Assembly (NCBI GenBank): GCA_963855085.1 | Contig: CAWLBR010000001.1 | Location: 1-55,019 of the forward strand | From: Gammaproteobacteria bacterium | Lineage (GTDB): Bacteria > Pseudomonadota > Gammaproteobacteria > Pseudomonadales > Porticoccaceae | Direction: 5' to 3' | Length of the DNA: 55,019 nucleotides | Shown here: positions 40,316 to 50,390 of the stretch, one piece after another | Position numbering within the stretch: position 1 is the first letter of the stretch | Layout of the letters: every line of letters starts with the position of its first letter | Program-made: the position numbers and the translations under genes | Notes under the pieces: generated by a model | Database searches by the model: none | The model's input: only the letters and a program-made list of their open reading frames with translations | What the model was told of the DNA's origin: nothing

Positions 40316-41196
40316 AGAGCTTCTCCCTGTTCAACGGTCTTAACTTTGGTGTATGCCTGAACAACTCGGGGCGCAACTCGCGCAAATCCCTCTGGCGTCC
40401 AATTTGCCAATTCGCCTAGCCCCAACATCAGACAACCGCGATTATCCAAGTGACCGGTTAATTGATTAACCAGTTCTCGGCGCTTCCAGCGGCGAAAATA
40501 AATCAACATATTCTGACAGTAAATAAGATGTATTTTGCGCCCAATCAAGGGCGACTTATCGGCCAATATATTGCTTGTCAAAAAACAGACTCGGCGTCTT
40601 AAATCGGCTTTCACACGCCACAGCTGCTTGCCAACTTGGTCGAAATAATTCTCCCTTGTAGACTCATCAACCGCGTTCATTTTTGCTCCGCGATATATGC
40701 CGCGCCGCGCTTGAAAAATCGCTTCGTTGCTAATATCTGTGCCAATAATGCCAAAACCCAGCTCACAGCCCACTTCACGCATAGCTCGGTCAACAGTTAT
40801 CGCCAGTGAGTAAGCTTCCTCACCGGTTGAACAGCCAAGACTCCAAACCCACAGTGGGCCGACAAAGCCGGGGGCAGTAACGGTCTCTTTGACCCATTGG
40901 GCGACATAATCAAATGAGGGGGCATGTCGAAAGAAGCTAGTTTCTTTAACTAGCAAACGATCCACCAGCCCGCTCCACTCTTTGGCACCTCTGGTGATAT
41001 CTAGGGCTTGGTTGAGATATTCGTCAACATCGAGAAGATCCAACTCGACCATTCTTCGATTGAGTAAGAGCCCCAAGGCGCGCTCACGATCAGGTGTAAT
41101 CTGGACACCTGTCCGCTCTTCGATAGCAGTTTTCCAAATATCGAAATATCCGAACTCACTGTTCTGAAGGAGCGCCTGCCCTGCTTTGATGGCCAC
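40312..41196 (-). CDS. pilK: CheR-type methyltransferase PilK
   Basis: LLVKETSFFRH, WSLGCSTGEEAYS, GTDIS, CQNMLIYF. Confidence 0.92.
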   Translation of the reverse strand: MAIKAGQALLQNSEFGYFDIWKTAIEERTGVQITPDRERALGLLLNRRMVELDLLDVDEYLNQALDITRGAKEWSGLVDRLLVKETSFFRHAPSFDYVAQWVKETVTAPGFVGPLWVWSLGCSTGEEAYSLAITVDRAMREVGCELGFGIIGTDISNEAIFQARRGIYRGAKMNAVDESTRENYFDQVGKQLWRVKADLRRRVCFLTSNILADKSPLIGRKIHLIYCQNMLIYFRRWKRRELVNQLTGHLDNRGCLMLGLGELANWTPEGFARVAPRVVQAYTKVKTVEQGEAL

Positions 41197-41226
41197 TTAT
41201 TAAGCCCTATTCAGTCGACTATTTAT

Positions 41227-43563
41227 CTATGTCTTTTTATTCTCACCATCACTGAGCATGGCTTCGATTTCAGCCTCAAACTCTTCTAGATGCAAAAGCT
41301 CTTCTGGGTCTTCAATGTCGACCTCAAGGTCTTCGTTAAAGTCTTGGTCCATATCGGTGCTGGCAACGAAATCAAGGTTCAACCGCTCCTCGTCACTGCT
41401 GTGAGTAGACTTCTCGCCAACTGTCTCAACCTGATCAGAGTCTGTATCAGTTGCGACGGCAAACATGGCCCCTAGCTGATCGTCATCGTGCTCTTGCTCG
41501 GGTCCAGAGGCGCTGTCGTGCTCCTCGCGAAGGTCATCACCAAGGGATGCGCTGCTATTCGAATCCGGCAGAATAAATCCACTCACCGAGTGCTTCATTT
41601 CTACAGCCATCTCAGCCAGCTCACCAATAGAGGTCGCAGTATCATTTGTGCCGGATAGCGTTTGCGAGGTAATTTCCTGAATCACGTTCATGGTGTTGGA
41701 AATATGCGCAGAGGTGGTGGCCTGGTGTTTCGCCGCTTCGGAAATATCCTGAATTAACTCTGCCAGGTTGGTCGATACAGTTTCAATTTCTTCCAGGGCG
41801 ATACCGGCACTGTGGGCTAACTCAGCACCTTTAACCACTTCGGCTGTAGTCTGCTCCATGGAGCTTACAGCCTCATTGGTATCACTCTGAATAGTTTTTA
41901 CCAGTCCGGCGATCTGCTTAGTGGCTGTGGCCGAGCGCTCAGCAAGACGCTGAACCTCATCGGCTACTACAGCAAAACCACGACCAGCTTCACCGGCCAT
42001 GGCGGCCTGAATCGCGGCGTTTAGGGCGAGGATATTGGTCTGTTCCGCAATCTCATTAATCAGCGAGACTATATCGCCAATTTCTTGAGAACTTTCACCC
42101 AGGCGTTTGATCCGCTTTGAGGTGTCTTGAATCTGCTCGCGAATAGTATCCATACCTTCAATGGTATTGCGTACAACCTGAGAACCATTTTTGGCGATAG
42201 ATACCGAACGCTCCGCAACCGCTGCTGATTCGGCAGAGTTGGAAGAGACCTGATCAATGGTGATAGCCATTTCGTTAATCGCCGCTGATACACCGGCAAT
42301 TTCCTGAGCCTGATGCTCGGCGCTCTCTGCCAGCTGTAAGGATGTGGCCCGGGTTGCGTCGGCGGATCCGGTTAGTTTTTCCGAGGAGCTGGCGACGTTT
42401 TCCACCAGGCTTCTAAGCTCGCCGATAGCGAAGTTAATCGAGTCGGCAATGGTACCGGTGAAGTCTTCTGTCACCGTGGCTTCCGCGGTCAAATCGCCAT
42501 CTGCAAGATCCGAAATATCATCCAGAAGCTGTAAAATCGCCTGCTGGTTTTTATCTTTGGTTTGCTCAGATTCAATCAGATTGCGACGGGTCGCTCTAAA
42601 GTTAATAAAGCCTAAAATTACCAGGGCAGTAAAGAATCCGGCGATAGCCGAAAGACTGGTCAAATCATTAAACAGACGCTGCTCGGAATCAGCTAGATCT
42701 GCCACTGTGTTATCTAAGTTGTCGAGCTTGGTTAGCAACACAGGCACATCGGCTAGCAGAGCTTCGGCAGATTGGCGCGCGGTGGAGAGGTCATTGGCTG
42801 AGTTATAGATCCGATCAATATCGTTGGCGACCACATCAAATGATTCTTGAATCTGCTCAATACTCGCTAGGGCTTCCTTATTGGTCACCTTGGTAATGCC
42901 GAGAATAAAGTTGCCATTTTTCATCGAGTCCAATGTGTCGCGAAACACATTAGAGTCACCTTTAAACTGGTCCGCAGCCAAATTGGCATCACCACTTGCG
43001 AGGATCATCTTATCGATATTACGGCCAATGCGTTCGATCAACCAGAGCTGCTCCTGGGCAATAGCGATCTGCCCAGCAGGGGCAGACTGGGCGATCAGTG
43101 CGTCTACAACCTGACCGGCGTTATCCTGCACCTGAGGTAGTGTTTCATTGAGTTTACGGGCAACAGTGGATACAAAAATAACCGTTTCACGGCTATCTGC
43201 TAACTGATTTAATTCCTCTTGTACCTTGCCCCAACTGTCGGCGACAAATTTAATCTGCGTACGCGAGATTTCATCTTGAGTGTTGAGGCGCTGCTGCAAT
43301 GTTTTCCAGCCGCGTTCCATCTCCGTGGTCAAGCCGGTTAGAGAGTCAAAAGCTTCCTCTCGCGCAGCGCCTGCATCGTCGGCCAACTTGGTAATTCGCA
43401 ACGCTTTAATGCGCAGATTGGCGATACTCTGAATGTTAGTTTTGTCGTTTTTTGCCTGCCGGTTAACTTCGACAATGCTATATGCCGCAGCACCTATACA
43501 GATAATTCCCAGCGTGATAATTAGGCTGCGAAAAAGCGATCCCTTGCCAGTAGTTGTACTCAT
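41227..43563 (-). CDS. pilJ: Methyl-accepting chemotaxis protein PilJ with long acidic tail
   Basis: Two TMs, [44 protein letters not shown]; start at ATG 43563 after GGAGG (track: 43575). Confidence 0.95.
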   Translation of the reverse strand: MSTTTGKGSLFRSLIITLGIICIGAAAYSIVEVNRQAKNDKTNIQSIANLRIKALRITKLADDAGAAREEAFDSLTGLTTEMERGWKTLQQRLNTQDEISRTQIKFVADSWGKVQEELNQLADSRETVIFVSTVARKLNETLPQVQDNAGQVVDALIAQSAPAGQIAIAQEQLWLIERIGRNIDKMILASGDANLAADQFKGDSNVFRDTLDSMKNGNFILGITKVTNKEALASIEQIQESFDVVANDIDRIYNSANDLSTARQSAEALLADVPVLLTKLDNLDNTVADLADSEQRLFNDLTSLSAIAGFFTALVILGFINFRATRRNLIESEQTKDKNQQAILQLLDDISDLADGDLTAEATVTEDFTGTIADSINFAIGELRSLVENVASSSEKLTGSADATRATSLQLAESAEHQAQEIAGVSAAINEMAITIDQVSSNSAESAAVAERSVSIAKNGSQVVRNTIEGMDTIREQIQDTSKRIKRLGESSQEIGDIVSLINEIAEQTNILALNAAIQAAMAGEAGRGFAVVADEVQRLAERSATATKQIAGLVKTIQSDTNEAVSSMEQTTAEVVKGAELAHSAGIALEEIETVSTNLAELIQDISEAAKHQATTSAHISNTMNVIQEITSQTLSGTNDTATSIGELAEMAVEMKHSVSGFILPDSNSSASLGDDLREEHDSASGPEQEHDDDQLGAMFAVATDTDSDQVETVGEKSTHSSDEERLNLDFVASTDMDQDFNEDLEVDIEDPEELLHLEEFEAEIEAMLSDGENKKT

Positions 43564-43633
43564 ATAATCCTCCATGTTTATTCTGTTTTGCAGTTACTTT
43601 TTTCGAGTTACACAATTCAATAATCCGCAGATT

Positions 43634-44167
43634 TTAAATAGCAACAGCCATAAACTGATCGTCTTCAATCAGTTTTCTCGCACAAAAAAGTGCCAGTGAT
43701 TGCTCTTCCTCGATAAAGACTCCATCGGTAAAACTGGCCATTGGACACTGGCTAGATGTTGTTCGATGCTGATCCACAGGGAGAGATTTAATCCCCTGAA
43801 CCGCATCTACCGCCACACCCACATAGACATTATTAATATCCAGCACCAATACTCGTCGATCCCGTACCGCACTAGTTAAGCTGCCACCGAGAAAAGCAGC
43901 CAGATCGATAATCGGTAATAGACGGCCCCTTACATTAGCCAGGCCAGTCACCCAGGATTTTACGCGGGGCAATTTTGTCGATTCGGGAACTTCAAGTATC
44001 TCACTCACCTCATTCAACGGAATCAGGTAGTTATAGCCCAGCAGTCTAAAGGCGATTAACTTGCGTGCCTCAACGATCTGCTTTTGCGCAGGCAAGCCAT
44101 AAACCGACTCACTGAATCGGCTGGCGACACCACTAATGGTTGAAAAGAGTTTTTTGACTTTAGACAC
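43634..44167 (-). CDS. pilI: CheW-like protein PilI
   Basis: LPRVKSWVTGLANVRGRLLPIIDL. Confidence 0.93.
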   Translation of the reverse strand: MSKVKKLFSTISGVASRFSESVYGLPAQKQIVEARKLIAFRLLGYNYLIPLNEVSEILEVPESTKLPRVKSWVTGLANVRGRLLPIIDLAAFLGGSLTSAVRDRRVLVLDINNVYVGVAVDAVQGIKSLPVDQHRTTSSQCPMASFTDGVFIEEEQSLALFCARKLIEDDQFMAVAI

Positions 44168-44178
44168 GGCGCGACGTC

Positions 44179-44541
44179 CTAATTTAGGACGTTAGTGATC
44201 GCGGCGACTAGTTGCTTCTCATCGATCGGCTTGACGAGATAGGCCTTGGCACCTTGGCGTTCACCCCAGACCTGATCCGCCTGCTGGTTTTTGGCTGTCA
44301 CTATAATGACTGGGATATGCTGGGTTTCCTTGCCGCGACTAAGCTGTCGAGTTGCCTGAAAGCCATTCAGTCCAGGCATCACTATATCCATCAAAACCAC
44401 ATCGGGCTGCTCATCTCGCGCCAAGTTAAGCCCCTGTTCACCAGAATCTGCCGAGAGCACAGAAAATCCATTGCGCTCAAGAATATTAGCCAACTTATAT
44501 GTTTCAGTAGGTGAGTCATCCACAATCAATACTTTTGCCAT
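44179..44541 (-). CDS. pilH: Response regulator PilH
   Basis: LIVDDSPTE, MDIVMPGLNGFQATRQL, WGERQGA. Confidence 0.96.
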   Translation of the reverse strand: MAKVLIVDDSPTETYKLANILERNGFSVLSADSGEQGLNLARDEQPDVVLMDIVMPGLNGFQATRQLSRGKETQHIPVIIVTAKNQQADQVWGERQGAKAYLVKPIDEKQLVAAITNVLN

Positions 44542-44566
44542 TTGATAAAACCTCTAGATCCTTTAG

Positions 44567-44944
44567 TTAGTTTTGGGTATGTTTTTCTAATACATCGAGC
44601 AATTCTGCGCGCCCAAAGGGCTTGGTCAGATAGTCGTCAGCGCCAACTATGCGGCCTTTGGCCTTATCAAAAAGGCCATCTTTGCTCGACAGCATGATTA
44701 CTGGAGTAGATTTATAGTCGGGATTATTTTTTATTAGTGCGCAGGTTTGATAGCCGTCGAGACGCGGCATCATGATGTCGATAAAAATGACATCTGGTTT
44801 GATATCGACGATTTTCGACAATGAGTCGAAACCGTCTGACGCTGTTGAAACATCACAGCCAGCTTTTGCCAACAATGTTTCTGCGGTGCGTCTTATTGTG
44901 TTGCTGTCATCTATGACGAGCACTTTAAGGCCCTGAACATCCAT
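44567..44944 (-). CDS. pilG: Response regulator PilG
   Basis: IDDSNTIRRTAETLL, DIMMPRLDGYQTCALIK, SSKDGLFDKAKGRIVG. Confidence 0.97.
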   Translation of the reverse strand: MDVQGLKVLVIDDSNTIRRTAETLLAKAGCDVSTASDGFDSLSKIVDIKPDVIFIDIMMPRLDGYQTCALIKNNPDYKSTPVIMLSSKDGLFDKAKGRIVGADDYLTKPFGRAELLDVLEKHTQN

Positions 44945-45154
44945 ATTATCACCATTGTAAAACCACTTAACGCCTTAAGCATTGCCAACATCACTTAAGT
45001 TATGGAATTTTAAACACACTTGTAATATATAATCCACAAGCCTCTAAAGTTAATAAAATAATTGATTTATAGGTCACAGAAATTTTCAGGGCATCGGCCA
45101 TATCAGTTGCCACACTTAGTTATAGCGCAAATATCAACCTAAGGCTGTCATTTT

Positions 45155-46114
45155 ATGGGCACTTCCCTCGGCGTAGTTATGGATCCCATCCAATCCATTT
45201 CTTTTTACAAAGATTCAACCCTGGCGATCTTGCTGGCAGCTCAGGCTCAGGGGCTCGATCTCTTCTATATGGAACAGTCTGACCTCTATATAGATAACAG
45301 TGGCCCCAGAGCCAATCTGCGCCCCTTAACAGTCTTCGATGACGCCAACAAATGGTTCGAACTGGGAGACAGCAGAGACGCCGCTCTCGAAGAGATGGAT
45401 GTCTTGGTAATGCGCAAAGACCCGCCATTCGATAGCGAGTTTATCTATTCCACCTATATCCTCGAAGCTGCGGAACGGCGCGGCTCACTGGTGGTGAACA
45501 AGCCCCAGAGTCTGCGTGACTGCAACGAGAAGGTCTTTGCCACAGAATTTCCCCAGTGCACTCCGCCCCTATTAGTCAGCCGTGACCAAGAGCGGCTGAA
45601 AGGTTTTTTAGCCGAGCATCAGGATGTGGTCTACAAGCCGCTGGACGGCATGGGCGGCACCTCGATCTTCCGCGTCAAAGAAGGGGATCAGAATCTCAAT
45701 GTGATTCTCGAGACAGTCACCAAATACGGTACCGAGACCATTATGGCGCAGAAGTTTATGCCTCAAATCACCGAGGGGGACAAGCGAATCCTAGTGGTCG
45801 ACGGGGAGATCATTCCCTTCTGTCTGGCACGCATACCCACAGGCAGTGATTTCCGTGGCAACCTTGCCGCGGGTGGCCGCGGTGTTGTACAGCCACTCAG
45901 TGAGCGAGATCTGTGGATTGCTCAGCAGGTTGCAGCGACATTAAAAGAGCGCGGACTGATATTTGTCGGCCTCGATGTGATTGGCGACTATCTCACCGAG
46001 ATTAATGTCACCAGCCCAACCTGTATTCGCGAAATTGATAATGCTGAAGACACCCAGATTGGCGAGCGCCTTATAAAGGCAATAAGCGCAAGACTGGGCC
46101 AGCGGGGTGGATAG
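45155..46114 (+). CDS. gshB: Glutathione synthetase
   Basis: VMDPI, MRKDPPFD, KPLDGMGG, RGNLAAGG, EINVTSPT. Confidence 0.98.
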   Translation: MGTSLGVVMDPIQSISFYKDSTLAILLAAQAQGLDLFYMEQSDLYIDNSGPRANLRPLTVFDDANKWFELGDSRDAALEEMDVLVMRKDPPFDSEFIYSTYILEAAERRGSLVVNKPQSLRDCNEKVFATEFPQCTPPLLVSRDQERLKGFLAEHQDVVYKPLDGMGGTSIFRVKEGDQNLNVILETVTKYGTETIMAQKFMPQITEGDKRILVVDGEIIPFCLARIPTGSDFRGNLAAGGRGVVQPLSERDLWIAQQVAATLKERGLIFVGLDVIGDYLTEINVTSPTCIREIDNAEDTQIGERLIKAISARLGQRGG

Positions 46115-46139
46115 ACATTAATTACCCTTGGAACAGATT

Positions 46140-46251
46140 ATGGACAGCCTGAGCTATGGATAGCCTAAATAATGGAGAACCTAAGCCATGGATAGCTTTG
46201 TAGATGGATAGCTTTGTAGATGGATAGCCTGACTGACGGACTCTGGAACAC
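46140..46251 (+). repeat. 16-bp tandem array x7, each unit starting A(T/C)GGA
   Basis: Units at 46140, 46156, 46172, 46188, 46204, 46220, 46236; two identical ATGGATAGCTTTGTAG. Confidence 0.9.
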
Positions 46252-47014
46252 CAGCCAGCAACGCCTGCGGAAAACATTCTCCCTGGCCCTGGTGGCTCAT
46301 GGCCTGTTGCTAATCGGCTTGAGCTTTGCCATGCCAGCCGGATCTCCCCCCAACCCATCCATAGATATCACGCTAGCGCAGCAGCCAAGTGACGAGGCAC
46401 CAGATCAAGCAGACTTTATTGCCCAGACCCATCAGCTGGGAACTGATGATCAGCAACAAGTTTTGCAACCGCAAGACCAAGGGCAGCAGCCGGCAATTGA
46501 GCAACAACGCTCTGACTCAGCCGAGCAGGCAGTCTTAAGCCGTGAGGGCGACAGCCAAACCAACAAGTCCGTAGAACCCCGCAACGCAGATCAGCAGCCG
46601 GACAGAGTAGCAATGCAAGCAGAGCTTGATCGCTTAAAGCAGGCATACAACAAAATGCCCCAGGTGCTGCGCATGACCTCAGTATCGGCTAAGTCTGCAG
46701 ATGCAGCAGCCTACATGGTTTATTTTGAAGAAAAAGTAGAGCAGATCGGCAATGTACATTACCCCAGAGAAGCGCGCACTCAGGGCATTTTTGGCCAGGT
46801 GCAATTAATTGTAGTGCTACTAGCCGACGGTCGCATCAAGCGCATTGAAGTCTCAAAAGGCTCAGGATCGCGACTGCTTGATCAAGCCGCGGTGCGTTCG
46901 GTTCAACTGGCTTCGCCCTTTAAGGCCTTCCCCAAAGAGCTGCGCAGCCGCGATGAAATCCATATTATTCGCACCTGGCAATATCAGTCTAACAATGTAC
47001 TAACAACAAACTAA
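46220..47014 (+). CDS. tonB: Energy transducer TonB (TonB3-like)
   Basis: TM helix SLALVAHGLL, DFIAQ, C-terminal YPREAR...SGSRLLDQAA...IIRTW; gshB-tonB-algH order. Confidence 0.88.
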   Translation: MDSLTDGLWNTSQQRLRKTFSLALVAHGLLLIGLSFAMPAGSPPNPSIDITLAQQPSDEAPDQADFIAQTHQLGTDDQQQVLQPQDQGQQPAIEQQRSDSAEQAVLSREGDSQTNKSVEPRNADQQPDRVAMQAELDRLKQAYNKMPQVLRMTSVSAKSADAAAYMVYFEEKVEQIGNVHYPREARTQGIFGQVQLIVVLLADGRIKRIEVSKGSGSRLLDQAAVRSVQLASPFKAFPKELRSRDEIHIIRTWQYQSNNVLTTN

Positions 47015-47063
47015 TCTGCCTCAGCGCTTGAGTTTGAGGCGATAAAACTCCATATTGCTTACC

Positions 47064-47642
47064 ATGACGACATTGAAACCGAAAAAAATAAGTAGCCTGA
47101 AAAATCACTTCTTGCTGGCTATGCCAGGCCTCGAGGATCCGACCTTTTCGGATTCTGTGGTGTATATCTGCGAGCACAATTCAGATGGCGCCATGGGGCT
47201 GATTATCAATCAGCAGATGGATATTCCGGTGAAGGCTATATTTGATCAACTAAAACTCGACTACCAAGACGAGTGCGGGCGGCCACTGCTATTTGATGGT
47301 GGCCCAGTGCAGCGGGATCGCGGCTTTATCTTGCACGCCAACTGCGAACAGCAGTGGGAGTCGACGCTGATGATCTCTGATCAGGTTTGCCTCACCGCAT
47401 CCCGAGACATACTCACAGATATGGCACTGGGAAAAGGCCCCAAAGACTCTCTTGTTACTCTCGGCTACTCAAGTTGGGAAGCCGGGCAACTGGAAAGAGA
47501 ATTGGGTGAAAATAGCTGGCTGACAATCCCAGCTGAAGCCGAGATTATCTTTAAAACAGACTGCGCTAAGCGGGCTTCGGCCGCGGCCCTGAGTATTGGC
47601 TTAGACCTGCGCATGCTTTCCCATCAGGCCGGTCATGCCTGA
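47064..47642 (+). CDS. algH: YqgE/AlgH family protein
   Basis: HFLLAMP, VVYICEH, GAMGLIIN, GGPV, GYSSWEAGQLE, AGHA end. Confidence 0.93.
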   Translation: MTTLKPKKISSLKNHFLLAMPGLEDPTFSDSVVYICEHNSDGAMGLIINQQMDIPVKAIFDQLKLDYQDECGRPLLFDGGPVQRDRGFILHANCEQQWESTLMISDQVCLTASRDILTDMALGKGPKDSLVTLGYSSWEAGQLERELGENSWLTIPAEAEIIFKTDCAKRASAAALSIGLDLRMLSHQAGHA

Positions 47643-48072
47643 AGCCACAAAACACAAAAGACTGCTGGGCTTTGACTTTGGCCTTAAGCAGATCGGCGTT
47701 GCCAGCGGGCAAACTCTAACCTCTTCAGCCACAGGTCTAACCATACTCAAGGCCGTGGACGGCATGCCCAAATGGGATCAGGTAGAGAAGCTATTAAAAG
47801 AGTGGAGCCCAGATCTGGTGGTAGTTGGGTTGCCGTTAAATATGGACGACAGTGAAAGTGACCTCAGCAATCGAGCACGTAAATTTGCCCGTCGCCTGCA
47901 GGGTCGTTTTGCTGTGGAAGTGGAAATGGTCGATGAGCGCCTAACCAGTCGCGAAGCCAAGTCTATAGGCCGAGATCAGGGCACTCAGGATTTGACCAAG
48001 ATTGACCATATAGCCGCATCACTGATTCTGCAGAGCTGGCTCGATGCACCATCGATCGGCACTGCGCCCTAG
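47635..48072 (+). CDS. ruvX: YqgF/RuvX pre-16S rRNA nuclease
   Basis: LGFDFGLKQIGVA, VGLPLNMD, VDERLTS. Confidence 0.95.
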   Translation: MPEATKHKRLLGFDFGLKQIGVASGQTLTSSATGLTILKAVDGMPKWDQVEKLLKEWSPDLVVVGLPLNMDDSESDLSNRARKFARRLQGRFAVEVEMVDERLTSREAKSIGRDQGTQDLTKIDHIAASLILQSWLDAPSIGTAP

Positions 48073-48083
48073 CACCAGGCCTT

Positions 48084-48114
48084 AGCTACCAGCTACCAGC
48101 TACCAGCTACCAGC
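48084..48114. repeat. Perfect heptamer repeat (AGCTACC)4 over the pilU stop
   Basis: agctacc x4 + agc; reads (GGTAGCT)n on the minus strand. Confidence 0.92.
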
Positions 48115-49255
48115 GTAGACTATCCGACCTATCTTCCTCTATCGACAGATCATCAGCACTGGCCCCAAGCTGGTCCACATAGTTTTCTGACTGCATCTTG
48201 ATCATCAGGCGCAGGTCATTTTTTGAGTCCGCATGGGCGATCGCATTCTCGTAACTAATCTGCTTTTCAATATAGAGCTCATAGAGCGCCTGATCAAAGG
48301 TCTGCATGCCGTGCTCGGTGGAATTACCCATAATCTCTTTTAGCTTATGCACCTCGCCCTTGCGAATAACATCAGCCACTAATGGTGTGTTGAGCAGAAT
48401 CTCAATCGCTGCGCGACGGCCCTTGCCCTCAATAGTGGGCACCAGTTGCTGAGCGACAATGCCACGCATATTTAGAGATAGATCCATCCACATCTGGTCG
48501 TGACGATCTGCCGGGAAGAAATGGCTGATGCGATCCAGGGCCTGGTTGGCGTTGTTAGCGTGAAGGGTGGCCAGCACCAGATGGCCGGTCTCGGCAAAGG
48601 TGATAGCGTGTTGCATGGTTTCTGGGGTGCGAATCTCGCCGATCAAAATAACGTCCGGCGCCTGGCGCAAGGTATTTTTCAGCGCCACATCAAAGGACTC
48701 TGTATCCACCCCCACTTCCCGCTGAGTAATGATGCAGCCCTGATGTTCATGGACAAATTCAATAGGGTCTTCAATGGAGACTATATGCCCGCGACTGTTT
48801 TTATTGCGGTGCCCGATCAGCGCAGCCAGGGAGGTCGACTTACCCGTGCCTGTGGCGCCAACAAAAATAACAATACCGCGTTTGTTCATTACCAGTTCTT
48901 TTAAAATAGACGGCAGCAGCAGTGAATCCGGCGAGGGAATTTGCGTTTCGATACGCCGCAACACCATGCCAATCTCGCCACGCTGATAAAAGGCACTAGC
49001 CCTAAAGCGTCCGGCACTTTCACTGACTACGGCAAAGTTGAGCTCTTTATGTTTTTTGAATTCTATTTGCTGCTCGGCATTCATGGTACCGAGAACAAAC
49101 TCTTCACAATCCGCCTGAGAGAGTTTGTTTTTACTCACAGGCATCACTGAGCCATTGAGCTTAAGGCAGGGTGGCAGGCCAACGGTGATAAACAGATCCG
49201 AGGCCTTTTTCTTGGCCATATAGTTAACCAGATTTTCAAAGGTCTGAGCTGACAT
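48107..49255 (-). CDS. pilU: Type IV pilus ATPase PilU
   Basis: ASDLFIT, GATGTGKSTS, EDPIE, LRQAPDVILIGEIR, HANNANQ. Confidence 0.96.
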   Translation of the reverse strand: MSAQTFENLVNYMAKKKASDLFITVGLPPCLKLNGSVMPVSKNKLSQADCEEFVLGTMNAEQQIEFKKHKELNFAVVSESAGRFRASAFYQRGEIGMVLRRIETQIPSPDSLLLPSILKELVMNKRGIVIFVGATGTGKSTSLAALIGHRNKNSRGHIVSIEDPIEFVHEHQGCIITQREVGVDTESFDVALKNTLRQAPDVILIGEIRTPETMQHAITFAETGHLVLATLHANNANQALDRISHFFPADRHDQMWMDLSLNMRGIVAQQLVPTIEGKGRRAAIEILLNTPLVADVIRKGEVHKLKEIMGNSTEHGMQTFDQALYELYIEKQISYENAIAHADSKNDLRLMIKMQSENYVDQLGASADDLSIEEDRSDSLRW

Positions 49256-49266
49256 AGTTTTTCTCC

Positions 49267-50301
49267 TTAAAAACTGTCTGGCATTTTGGCTTTTTCACGA
49301 GCCACTTCTACACTGATCACGCGCTGTGCCACCAGGTTGTGCAAACATTGGTCGAGAGTCTGCATGCCTAGGGCTCCGCCGGTTTGAATCGAGGAATACA
49401 TCTGTGCCACTTTATCCTCGCGAATCAGGTTGCGGATCGCCGGAGTGCCAATCATGATTTCATGAGCCGCCACACGGCCACCGCCGGTTTTCTTTAATAA
49501 TGTCTGGGAGATAACAGCCTGTAGAGATTCCGAGAGCATGGATCGAATCATTGGCTTTTCGCCCCCGGGAAAGGCATCCACCACCCGATCGATGGTCTTG
49601 GCTGCCGAGGTGGTGTGCAGGGTGCCAAATACCAGATGACCGGTTTCGGCGGCGGTCAGTGCCAACCTGATAGTTTCAAGGTCACGGAGCTCACCCACCA
49701 AGATAACATCCGGATCTTCCCGCAGTGCCGAGCGCAGAGCTTCGGTAAAACCGTGAGTATCGCGATGCACTTCACGCTGGTTAACCAGACATTTTTTACT
49801 TTGGTGAACAAATTCGATGGGGTCTTCGATGGTGAGGATATGGTCGTAGCGATTGTCATTAACGTAATCCACCATAGCCGCCAGGGTGGTCGACTTACCC
49901 GAGCCCGTGGGGCCCGTAACCAGTACTAAACCTCGAGGCATCAAGGCGAGCTTTTTAAAAATATCTCCCATACCTAGCTGTTCGAGGGTCAGTACATTTG
50001 AAGGAATGGTTCGAAATACCGCTGCCGCACCGCGGTTTTGATAGAACACATTGACACGAAAGCGAGCAACTCCCGGCACATCAAAAGAAAAATCTGTTTC
50101 CAGAAACTCCTCATAGTCCCTTCTCTGCTTGTCATTCATTATTTCGTAGATCAAACTGTGGACTTGTCGGTGTTCCATAGGCGGCAGGTTAATCCGCCGA
50201 ACATCGCCATCTATTCTAATAATCGGTGGCAGTCCTGCGGAAATATGTAAATCTGAGGCGCCCTCTTTGGCACTAAAGGCCAATAACTCCGTTATATCCA
50301 T
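49267..50301 (-). CDS. pilT: Type IV pilus retraction ATPase PilT
   Basis: MDITELLAFS, GPTGSGKSTT, LREDPD, AIRNLIRE; start at ATG 50301. Confidence 0.97.
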   Translation of the reverse strand: MDITELLAFSAKEGASDLHISAGLPPIIRIDGDVRRINLPPMEHRQVHSLIYEIMNDKQRRDYEEFLETDFSFDVPGVARFRVNVFYQNRGAAAVFRTIPSNVLTLEQLGMGDIFKKLALMPRGLVLVTGPTGSGKSTTLAAMVDYVNDNRYDHILTIEDPIEFVHQSKKCLVNQREVHRDTHGFTEALRSALREDPDVILVGELRDLETIRLALTAAETGHLVFGTLHTTSAAKTIDRVVDAFPGGEKPMIRSMLSESLQAVISQTLLKKTGGGRVAAHEIMIGTPAIRNLIREDKVAQMYSSIQTGGALGMQTLDQCLHNLVAQRVISVEVAREKAKMPDSF

Positions 50302-50390
50302 GCTTTTCTCGCTTAATCCTTGCGGCAATAAATGGTCCGTTAGACTACTCGTTAAAATGTCCGTTAACCTCTCAATAACCTGATAAGTAT

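Noticed and set aside
42344-42808. 154-aa + strand ORF, and the other 60-165 aa antisense or out-of-frame ORFs in the track
   Set aside because: They lie inside well-supported genes and show the Ser/Ile/Arg-rich composition typical of antisense frames.
46140-46251. CRISPR array
   Set aside because: Units are contiguous 16-mers with no unique spacers and there are no cas genes; the same applies to the arrays at 14562, 18522 and 31261.
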